A stretch of 11,685 bases of DNA from Azolla caroliniana (GCA_043228905.1 JBHGNT010001136.1:1-11685), one strand, 5' to 3'. Shown: positions 1 through 8,552, numbered from the stretch's first letter. Notes: generated from the sequence alone by a model not told the origin. Numbers and translations are program-made.

Positions 1-421
1 ATGCAGTCCTTCCACTGCACGAAATTGTGAAAGTGTTTTTAGAATCTACGCCATTGAACATTAGAAGAATATAAAGTATGGATAATTCACATTTGGAGGC
101 TAAGAACACGAACTAAGAGCTTAGGGAAGAAGTCAAAAGTAAAAGTAAGAGACCAGGAGAAAAGTAAAAAGAGAAAAAGCGGACCATAAAAACAGTAAAA
201 ATAGAATGGTCATAACTCCCTCGTTTTTTACCAAATATCACGTTTAAATATGGGTTAGAAATCTTGTAAAGAGAGATTTCTATAGCTTGTTAAATCTCTT
301 AATTTGGAGATCGGATGAGGGAGATATGACGATTAGAAGGTCGATGTGTCATAGCTAAAAATAGGGAGATAAAAAGCTTCTAAAAATAGCATGAACGAGG
401 AAGAAGAGGAAGGTTATAAAA
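1..421. other. Unclassified A/G-rich non-coding DNA, probably part of an older repeat, into which element A inserted
   Basis: No ORF. Purine-skewed. Contains a nested inverted-repeat structure. Ends exactly at the TG start of LTR A (left flank TAAAA, 417-421). Confidence 0.35.
209..330. repeat. Concentric interrupted palindrome (three inverted-repeat pairs sharing one centre at about 269)
   Basis: GTCATAACTCCCTC 209-222 / GAGGGAGATATGAC 317-330 (13/14); CCAAAT 231-236 / ATTTGG 302-307; TAGAAATCT 256-264 / AGATTTCTA 274-282 (9/9). Confidence 0.8.
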
Positions 422-836
422 TGTTGAGCGGCAAGCTCAACTGGAGCCGGATCGGTTGGATAAGCCTGAGCCGGCAAGCGAGATGGATTGGTAAGCCGTG
501 AGCAACCGAGCCGGCAAGCAACAGAGCCGGTGAGCTGGGGAGCTGGTTAGCCGGATCCAATCGGTAACCGGTAGCCTAGTATTAGTTTAGACTACTAGGC
601 AATTATAGTCTCGTAGTAAGTGTCAGAAGCTCATGTGAGCATTAAAGTACGTGGTACTTGTGTCAGTCCTACGAGGACTTGTATAAATAGTGCTACTGAG
701 CATAGTTGTAAGATACAGGGTGATTATATTGTTTTTGAATATAGCTTTTACGTTCTGCTCTCTCTGTGTCTCCCGTGTACTCTGTGTGTTCCCTAATTTC
801 TCTGTTTTCTAACGCTTTCGCAAGTAATCGTTTACA
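422..836 (+). repeat. 5' LTR of element A (415 bp, TGTTG...TTACA)
   Basis: Ends TTTACA directly before the PBS. Start TGTTGAGCGGCAAGCTCAAC matches the start of LTR B (reverse complement from 7614: TGTTGAGCGGACAAGCTCAAC). GAGCCGG-type repeats in U3 (444-555). Confidence 0.88.
682..689 (+). promoter_or_regulatory. TATA box of LTR A
   Basis: TATAAATA in the context AGGACTTGTATAAA, conserved in LTR B (minus strand, about 6941-6950). Confidence 0.7.
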
Positions 837-848
837 TGGTATCAGAGC
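837..848 (+). promoter_or_regulatory. Primer-binding site, tRNA-iMet
   Basis: TGGTATCAGAGC immediately after the LTR-terminal CA; canonical plant iMet PBS. Confidence 0.95.
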
Positions 849-943
849 GCGAGGGTTGAGAACCTCCTCTGCAGCTGACAAACGCTTGAAAGCAAAGCCT
901 AACAGGTCGTAAAACAACAGATAGAGAAGTGATGGATAGAGGA

Positions 944-3900
944 ATGGCTAGCTCGCTCCATGTGGAGAAACTCGATAGATCCAACTATGCATCTTGGTCG
1001 TATAAGATGCACTAGTACCTGCTTGGGCATGGCTACTGGAGTTTCGTCGAAGGAGCCAATGAAACAACACCTGATGTGGCACATAAGGACTTCCCAGTGT
1101 GGGAACAATCGGCAAGCAGAGTGATGTACTGCTTCGCGTCCAGTGTCGGAGACTAGCTGCTGAGCCACATCCGAGACGCCAAGACGCCGAAGGAGTCTTG
1201 GGGGAACCTGAAGAAGGTTTTCGCCGCGAGCACTACAACCCGAAAGCTGTAACTCCGACAGGAGTTGAGCAATGTCCGATAGAAGGACATGTTGGTGGCG
1301 GATTACACGGCCCGGATCAAAGAGATCTGTGACTCCTTGCCTCTATCAACGTTACCGTAGAGGAAGACGAGATGGTACAGGTCTGTCTTGGGGGCCTGAC
1401 GTCTAAGTTCAAAGCGTTTCGAACGGCGGTGTGTACAAGGGAGAATACGCCATCATTTTTTGACTTACAGTCGATGCTCCTTGTAGAGGAGAACCACGCC
1501 GGTGCGTCAACTAGCGCACCCACTGACAGCCGGATGTTGTACACGGAGGCGGATCGGTCCCGTGGGCGTGGTGGACGAGACGGGTCGGCACGCAATGGAG
1601 GCGGCCGACAAGAACAAGAACGAAGGCACAGAGAACATGCCGACAATAGTTCCGGGAGTCCGACAAGTAGGGGGAGTCATGGCGACACCGGAAGACGGCA
1701 AGAGAAGGCAGCAACGGAATGTTGGTACTGTGGCAAAAAAGGCCACAGAGAAAGCGAGTGCTGGAGAAAACGAGCCGATTCGGACAAATCCGGATACGGA
1801 AAGGCTGGCAAAGCTCGCACTACGCGAAGGGATCGGGAGGATCCAAGAACAGTAAAGGGCCAACCTTGGTAATGAAGCATGAGGCGAACTCGATGAAGAA
1901 GACCACTTCCAAATCGGAGGAAGTGTGGTATGTTGATTCTGGTGTGTTGAACCACATGACGAGCCACAAAGAGTGGTTCTCCTTTTTGGAGAAACCGGAC
2001 CAACCAGGAGTAGTCAAAACCGGAGATGACACTCCTCACCCAATCGTGCACGTCGGTGAAGTCCCTTTGAGCCACGTCGGACAGAAGGGGAAGCTAATGA
2101 ACGTATTACACGTTCCGACAATCACGAAGAACCTGGTGTCGGTTGGACAGATCGTCGACCAAGGGATGCAGGTGCGGTTCACGCACCTTGGGTGCTTCAT
2201 CGAGGAAGAGGGCCAGATTATTGCGCAAGGGCATAGAGACGGGAGGATGTATATTCTCAACACCAATGACGTTGGCACCTCTCTGTTTGCAAAAGGATAG
2301 AAGGTCGAATCGGACATCGACCTGTGGCACAAGCGGATAGGCCACGTCAATTACCGGAGGCTTCAAGACCTGCAAACAAAACAAGTTGTTTTTGGTTTGC
2401 CGAAGTTCAGCGGCCGGAAGGCCCAAGTATGTGAAGCCTGCCAACTCGGGAAGCAACACCGGCTTCCATTCCCTACCGAACGTAACCGGAGCCGTAACAA
2501 GCTCGATCTAATCCGTTCAGATGTGTGGGAACCGACACAGAATGTTAGTCTTGGTGGGAGTCGATATTTCGTCTCCTTCATCGACGACTATACGCGACAC
2601 CCATGGATCTACCTCATTGAGCGGAAAAGTGAAGTCTTTGAGTGTTTCCGGAGTCTCCAAAGCATGGTGGAACGGGAATCGGAGAGGAAGATCAATTGCC
2701 TGCGGTCGGATGGCGGGAAAGAATACTTTTCCGGCCAATTCAATAGTTATCTGCAACAAACAGGAATTTAGCGAGAGTTCAGCTGTAGATACACACCACA
2801 ACAGAATGGTGTTGCCGAGAGGAAGAACTGGTCGCTCATTGATGCGGCAAGGGCAATGCTAGAGGAGAAGAGCATGCCCAAATTCTACTGGGTGGAGGCA
2901 GTCCAAACGACAGTCTACATCCAGAACCGGATCGGTGACAAGGTGTCAGCTCACGAGCTGTATTTCGGGTGCAAGTCGAATTTGAAACACCTTAAGATCT
3001 TCGGTAGCATTGCATATGTGCATGTACCAGATGAGAAGCGGAGGAAACTAGATGCAAAATCGGAAAAATGCATCCTAGTCGGCTATGCTCAAGAGCAAAA
3101 GGGTTATTTATAAGTGTTATAACCCCTGGACAAAGCAGGTCCGAGTTAGTCGAGATGTCGAGTTCGATGAATCGGCATCGTGGTACTCCTTACCGACTCC
3201 GACCTCTGAATCTGACCTGATGCCGGAGGATGAGGCTAATGAGCCTGAATTGGCCTAGGTAGAGGATGATGAAGTGGGGACTTAGGATGAGAGTCCGGAA
3301 TCATTCCGGCTGAGCGGGCCGAACGAGAGATTGAGTCAATCTGACCAGTCCGATCAGGAACCGGTGAGTAGTGGAGACTCTGCCGTGCACTCCCCACGCA
3401 AGGAACCTAGGAGACGGTTCACGCGCAAAGAGAAGGGGAAGAAGAAGATGCCGGAATTCGAAACCGGCAACGATGAGTCGGATCGGTGTGCATCCAACTC
3501 CAGCAAGGAGAAAGGCAGATCTTCGGCAACAAAGACCGAACCAGCCAAGAAGGGCCTCAAACCGGGTAACAGTGAGTTACGTCGGTCCACCCGCCAGAAG
3601 GATCTCGTCAAGCGGTACGGGTACAATGAGTACATGGCGCATCACTATGCGTACATGACTAAGGTGGCGGAGGTGCGTGAGCCGGAGAGCTACGTAGAAG
3701 CGGCCAAGGACGCAAATTGGCGTGTCGCTATGGAGGAAGAAATGTGGGCACTTGATGTCAATGCGACATGGGAACTGGTTGACCCTCCTCGTCACTGTAA
3801 ACCGATCGGATGCAAGTGGATATACAAGGTAAAGTACAACGCCGACGGTTCTGTTAACCGGCATAAAGCCCAGTTAGTGGCGAAGGGATACGCGTAGACC

Positions 3901-5409
3901 CACAAAATCGACTACGATGAGACCTTCGCTCCTGTAACGAAGATGACAATGGTTCGAGTGCTGTTGGCGGTTGCTGCGGCAAGGGGGTGGCATCTTCATC
4001 AGATGGATGTGAAGAATGCATTTCTTCAAGGTGATCTTGAAGAATAAGTCTTTATGACTCAGCCTCTCAGTTTTCAATCGGAGATGAACAAGTCGGCAGT
4101 ATGCCGGCTGAAGAAGTCATTGTACGGCCTGAAGCAAGCCCCTCGAGCTTGGAATGCGAAGATCACGCACAGGTTGCGTAAGATGGGGTTTGTGGCCTCC
4201 AAATCGGACTTTTCATTGTTCATTCGACAAGGCTCAGTTGGTCCGGTATGTATACTGTTGTATGTTGATGATCTAGTCATCACCGGTCCGGGTGTTCCAG
4301 AAATCAACCGCGTCAAGTCCCAGTTGTCGGACGCATTTGAGATGAAGGATCTGGGGGACCTTCATTATTTTCTCAGGATCGAGGTGATCCGAACCCCGGA
4401 CGACATATTGCTCTCACAACGACATTACGTCTTGAATATGCTATACAAGTTCGGCATGACAGAATGCTGACCTATATCCACACCCTTAGACCGGAACCAG
4501 AAGCTTTGTCCCAAGTCCGGACCGGCCTGCAACGAGCAACGGTTTCGACAAATTGTTGGAAGCCTTATTTACTTGACTATCACGCGACTCGACATCAACT
4601 ATCCGGTCGGAATGATAAGTCAGTTCATGCAGAAGCTGACCGTGGAGCACCTTAAGTGCGCGCAATGGATACTATGATATGTAAGCGGCACGAAGGACCG
4701 GGGACTGTTATACTGGCGAGGTATAACCGAAGAGCTCGTCGGTTACACGGATGCCGACTGGGCCGGCGATGCATCAGATCGCCGATCAACCTCCGGTTAT
4801 ATGTTTTCCCTAGGGAGCGTAGTTGTTGCGTGGAGCAGCAAAAAGCAGCCAACAATGGCTCTATCAAGCACTGAGGCTGAGTACTAGGGCGCTACCATTG
4901 CCACCTGCGAAGCCATTTGGCTTCGACGACTACTGCGAGACTTGCGGATCGAGGTACCAACCCCGATCCCGATTTATTGTGATAACATCAACAGTATGCA
5001 GCTCGCCAAGAACCTTGTGTTCCATGCTCGCATGAAGCACATAGAAGTGCATTATCACTTTGTGCGTGAGCGGGTCTTGAGCGGTGAAATTGAACTACGG
5101 TATGTTCACACGGATCGGCAGGTTGCCGACATCTTCACCAAGCCGCTCGGATCAGACAAGTTGCAACACTTCACCGAAATGCTTGGTGTTCATCATCTCG
5201 ACGTGCCACACTTGAGGGGGAGAACGGGCAAAGGCAAAGAGACTGCTGATTGCGCCGGTGAGGGAAGAACAAAAGGTGGTAGAGTCAACAAGGACAGAGC
5301 CGACAGAGCCGACCGAAGGAAGAAGGCCAAGACCCAGACATGGTCCGATGTGGTGAAGGGCTTGGAATCAGAAGACGAATCGGGAGCAATCGATTCAGAC
5401 AAGAGCTAG
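944..5409 (+). pseudogene. gag-pol: Copia gag-pol polyprotein pseudogene (gag, CCHC, protease, integrase, RT, RNase H)
   Basis: MASSLHVEKLDRSNYASWSYKM gag start; CWYCGKKGHRESEC 1720-1761; protease WYVDSG (DSG 1935-1943); integrase LWHKRIGH..CEAC (2322-2441), FIDD, RSDGGKEY, PQQNGVAER; RT KSLYGLKQAPRAW and YVDD 4261-4272; RNase H YTDADWAG, STEAEY, CDN, ADIFTK. Many premature stops, and frameshifts near 1340, 1800 and 3104-3111 (TTAT duplication). Confidence 0.95.
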
Positions 5410-5662
5410 AACGAATCGGAGACAGTCGATCGACGTGCCACACTTGAGGAGGAGAACAGGCAAAGGCAAAGAGACTGCCGATTGCGCCGGTGAGGGAAGA
5501 ACAGAAGGTGGTAGAGTCAACAAGGACAGAGCCGACAGAGCCGACCGAAGGAAGAAGGCCAAGACCCGGACATGGTCCGATGTGGTGAAGGGCTTGGAAT
5601 CAGAAGAGGAATCGGGAGCAATCGATTCAGACAAGAGCTAGAACGAATCGGAGACAGTCGAT
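5199..5662 (+). repeat. Direct tandem duplication, 2 x 232 bp (5199-5430, 5431-5662)
   Basis: Units align without gaps. I count 6 substitutions (5 transitions, 1 transversion). Junction GTCGAT|CGACG. Confidence 0.95.
5212..5222 (+). other. PPT-like tract at the end of RNase H, not followed by an LTR
   Basis: TTGAGGGGGAG (L-R-G), the usual copia PPT position, but followed by AACGGG rather than TGTTGAGC. Confidence 0.45.
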
Positions 5663-5790
5663 TCGGTTCAACAGACAGATGACAAGGAAGATCCGACTGT
5701 TCCGAAAGCCGACAGTCGAAGAGTCGAAAACAGTGAGTCAATTGTTTGAAGATTCGACTATTATTATTATAGTAATAATAATGATGATGA

Positions 5791-6307
5791 TGTGTGGAAA
5801 CAAGTCCCTTCAGATGGGAAAGAGAGAGGAGCCAAGTTGATGAGTGACGGCCTTGGCCGAAACCAGAATCGTGTAAATAGCCAACTCGGGTGACTATACT
5901 TGTAAATAGTCTAAGTGTGCGCCCCATGAGGGCTATGTATGTAAATAGCCAGAATGTTGTGTAAGTATATATATACAACTAGGGAAAACTTTGTGTATGC
6001 GTAGAATAGTAGAACGCAAGAGAGCGTGAGAGAGAGAGAGGAGAGCCGCACCATAGTTGTTTGTGTAACAACAGACGCGAAGAGCCCTGTGCGGCTGATA
6101 CACTCGTGAGTGTTGTAATCATCTCTGTATTGTATATCCACTATATTATAGTGAAGAATCTGTTCACCCGTGGTTTTTCCCTGTTTTAGGGTTTCCTCGT
6201 AAATCTCTGTGTACATCTGTTTATCTTGTCTTTCTGGCATTTCTTGTGATTTGTATTTCAGCGCGTAGTTCGTTTATTGTGATCAATTTTGCATCGATTT
6301 CTCAACA
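5791..6307 (+). mobile_element. Isolated LTR C (about 517 bp), Tnt1/Tork-type copia related to LTR F; no TSD
   Basis: TG...CAACA ends. Shares GTCCCTYCRGATGGG, GATGARTGACGGC, TGTAAATAGCC, a GA tract and CCCGTGGTTTTTCCC..TTTAGGGTTT with LTR F. TATATATATA 5966-5975. Flanks GATGA / CCTTT differ; no PBS or PPT adjacent. Left boundary uncertain by about 2 nt. Confidence 0.82.
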
Positions 6308-6649
6308 CCTTTGCTAGATACTTTTGAGCTCTTGTCGGAGCTGCAACTTCCATGCCGTGGTACTTGCGGTGAAAATCTTCTAGAGATTTTCCCAGGCCTC
6401 CTTCGGCGACTTTGCGTCTCTGATGTAGCCGAGCATCTGATCGTGCACACAAGACATGAGGTAGTACAATACTCTGTTCGCTCCTTGCTCCCACACCAGG
6501 AAGTCCTTGTGTGCCGGCTCCGATGCTAGTTCGTTTGCTCCTTCCACATAGTTCCAATATTCGTGCCCCAGTAGGTACTGGTGCATTTTATATGACTAGG
6601 ACGCACAATTGCTCTAGTCGAGCTTTTCTGTGGGAAACAAGCTCGCCAT
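6308..6649 (-). pseudogene. gag: Copia gag N-terminal fragment of element B
   Basis: MASLFPTEKLD*SNCAS*SYKMHQYLLGHEYWNYVEGANE...IRDAKSPKEAWENL aligns colinearly with gag of A; premature stops. Confidence 0.9.
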
Positions 6650-6739
6650 GCTTTTGTCATATCTTTCTTCTTTCTTCTGGTCTTTATCGGGTTTGTCTGT
6701 TTCGAGCAGTTGTCGGCAGCAGAGGTTCTCAACCCTCGC

Positions 6740-6751
6740 GCTTTGATACCA
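6740..6751 (-). promoter_or_regulatory. Primer-binding site, tRNA-iMet (1 mismatch)
   Basis: TGGTATCAAAGC on the minus strand directly after TTTACA, followed by the same GCGAGGGTTGAGAACCTC leader as in A. Confidence 0.9.
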
Positions 6752-7614
6752 TGTAAAGAATAGTGTGCGAAATCTTGTAGACAAACCGGCTTAGCCGGAT
6801 AACAACAGTAAAAACAGAAAATGAAGGTTTAATGGAAGCTTGATAATACACAGTACGTGGGAGAGACAAAGAGAGCAAAACAATAAAACTCAATTCAAAA
6901 TCACAACACTTTGTGTACATACAATGTGCTTAGTGAGCACTTTTATACAAGTCCTTAAAAGGACTGACAGAAGTACTGACAAGTACTTCAATGCTCATAC
7001 AAGCGATTGACAGGACTCCCAAAAATATGCCTACGTACTAGGCTAGATTCGTAGGCCTCTAACAACCAACCGGTTCATACCGATTGTTACCGGCCGGGAA
7101 AGGAGTCCAGAGTGTGAAACGGGGAGTTATGTAATTATTAGGAATGGTTGTAAGTAAGCTATGAGTGTGGACGGACGGACCGGAATCGGTATGCCGTTCT
7201 GGATCCGGACCGATCCTGAATAGGTGTGGATAGCACCGTTTTGTACTACAGACCGGAAACCTATTTAAAGGCCCGGATACAATGTAATGAGGAGCGGTTA
7301 ATTAATAAAGCTTAGTGTTTTTTTTATCTCTGTGTTAATTGCCATTCTGCATTCATTGTTATATCTTACGCGTGTGAATATTAAGGATGATCATGCTAAG
7401 TAACCTAATTAAGTCAGATTAATTGTTGATTCTAATCCTCCTGCCGTAACACCCCTTTGGTGAAGTGTCTTCCATAGACACCCTGTGTTAGGCCATTGTC
7501 CAGCCCTAAGAGTTAACACCGATCCAGCTACCTATCCGATTCTCCGTTCTGGATACCGATCTGGCTCTAGCTTATTCAGTCGATCCGGATTTGGTTGAGC
7601 TTGTCCGCTCAACA
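6752..7614 (-). repeat. 5' LTR of element B (about 424 bp after removing insertion D)
   Basis: TGTTGAGCGG...TTTACA on minus. The two pieces 6752-7084 and 7524-7614 join into a sequence colinear with LTR A. Confidence 0.85.
7085..7518 (+). mobile_element. Solo LTR D (434 bp) with a 5-bp target-site duplication
   Basis: TGTTA...TAACA termini; CCGAT at 7080-7084 and 7519-7523; TATA-like CTATTTAAAG 7261-7270 followed by AATAAA near 7304 gives the orientation. Confidence 0.88.
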
Positions 7615-8059
7615 TGAGCTTACCACATCTACATGTCATCGAGTCCTAGCCTCTACCCTCCTAGATTCTGGAGCCAACTCTTGTTTCATGGATCGTGAGT
7701 TTGCATTGTCACAAAACATCCTCTTGAATAAGCTCCCGAACCCAGTAACCGTACGGGTCATTGATGGCTGTCCCATAACATCAGGTGATATAGTCAAGGA
7801 GTTCGAGCCAATTCGTATAGTTCTTGGCGATTTGGCAAGCATAATCTTTTCCAACATTAATTGTAGTCCAGAACACCCAGTAGTTCTAGGTCTCGCTTGG
7901 TTTGAACTCCATAACCCAAAGATTGATTGGATGAAAAGAACAATTTAGGAGACCCAAGAAAAATGAACAAAGCTTGCCTCCCTCAAATCTCTAACATCAA
8001 ATACTGGATCCCATAAGTTATCAACCATCTCTCTACGTCGATTACGTGAGGCAGGGGGG
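7615..8059 (+). pseudogene. Ty3/gypsy (chromovirus, Tcn1/sushi-like) aspartic protease fragment
   Basis: LLDSGANSCFMD (DSG 7664-7672), VRVIDG, PVVLGLAWFELHNPKIDW. Stops at 7946 and downstream. Bounded on both sides by other elements' LTRs. Confidence 0.85.
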
Positions 8060-8498
8060 TGTTGTCCGCCGGAATAGTAACCGACGGACAAGAGCGTAGG
8101 AATAAGAAATAATATAAGATCATAACGCATGTAACGGTTCACGCAGGAAGCGTGAACGGCTAAATTAACCCTGCGTATATAAAGGGCAGAAAACCTCTGT
8201 TAGAGGGAGCATGTATATTTTGGATTGTAAAGTAGCGTATCGTAATAGAATCCTATCTTCTCTGAAATTTTGTGTATAGCTACGACTCATCTACTGTGTG
8301 TCTGGAATACCCGAGCATGTAAGAACGTAAGTGTAACCATTGCTAAGGAGTCGGTTGTAGCCGTCTCCCTTATACGCTGATAGGTTACGGGGATCATTCC
8401 CCTACGCATTATGCATAGACGCCCCATTCGTTGTTCCACAACCATTCTGAGGTCTAGGTCAAAGGACTGACTGCAGACCGTGTTCCTAATTGGTAACA
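8060..8498 (+). repeat. 5' LTR of element E (439 bp)
   Basis: TGTTG...TAACA; TATATAAA 8176-8183; PBS 4 nt downstream. Confidence 0.8.
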
Positions 8499-8502
8499 CT
8501 TT

Positions 8503-8516
8503 TGGCACGCCCGGTG
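8503..8516 (+). promoter_or_regulatory. Primer-binding site, probably tRNA-Arg(UCU)
   Basis: TGGCACGCCCGGTG is complementary to the plant tRNA-Arg 3' end (...CACCGGGCGUGCCA, from memory), a PBS type known in Tat/Ogre-like gypsy elements. Confidence 0.75.
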
Positions 8517-8552
8517 ATCTGTGTCTTCTCACAGAAGAGCAACGATGAATGG

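Larger units (their letters stand above)
422..5790 (+). mobile_element. Ty1/copia LTR retrotransposon A, degenerate, lacking its 3' LTR (possibly bryophyte Bryco/RLC5-like lineage)
   Basis: LTR, tRNA-iMet PBS, then domain order gag-PR-IN-RT-RH, which is diagnostic of copia. Lineage call is from recalled gag similarity and was not searched. Confidence 0.93.
6308..7614 (-). mobile_element. Ty1/copia element B (relative of A): 5' LTR, PBS and gag N-terminus only
   Basis: LTR, PBS, leader and gag are all homologous to A. Truncated at 6308 by LTR C. Outer flank TGAGC 7615-7619. Confidence 0.9.

Noticed and set aside
1790-1872. Programmed gag-pol frameshift in A
   Set aside because: Plant copia elements normally have a single ORF, A has other accidental frameshifts, and no clear slippery site is visible.
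6185-6194. TTTAGGG (also AAACCCTAAA 9542-9551) as telomeric repeat or telomere healing
   Set aside because: Single copy within a block conserved between LTRs C and F; part of the LTR, at most a telo-box-like motif.
7445-7459. GTAACA at 7446-7451 as the end of LTR D, or a minus-strand PPT and LTR start
   Set aside because: No TSD there. The end at 7518 gives a perfect CCGAT TSD and restores LTR B.
422-7614. LTR A and LTR B as long terminal inverted repeats of one element (DIRS-like or foldback)
   Set aside because: Each has its own PBS and gag and they are clearly diverged, so they are two independent insertions in opposite orientation.
7595-7948. 117-aa ORF as a functional protease gene
   Set aside because: Its TTG start lies within LTR B, so it is a chimeric frame over a pol fragment.
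8048-8059. GAGGCAGGGGGG as a PPT, implying tandem elements sharing LTR E
   Set aside because: It reads in frame as the post-protease linker (SLRRLREAGG) with no RT/IN upstream, so it is more likely the target site; not fully excluded.
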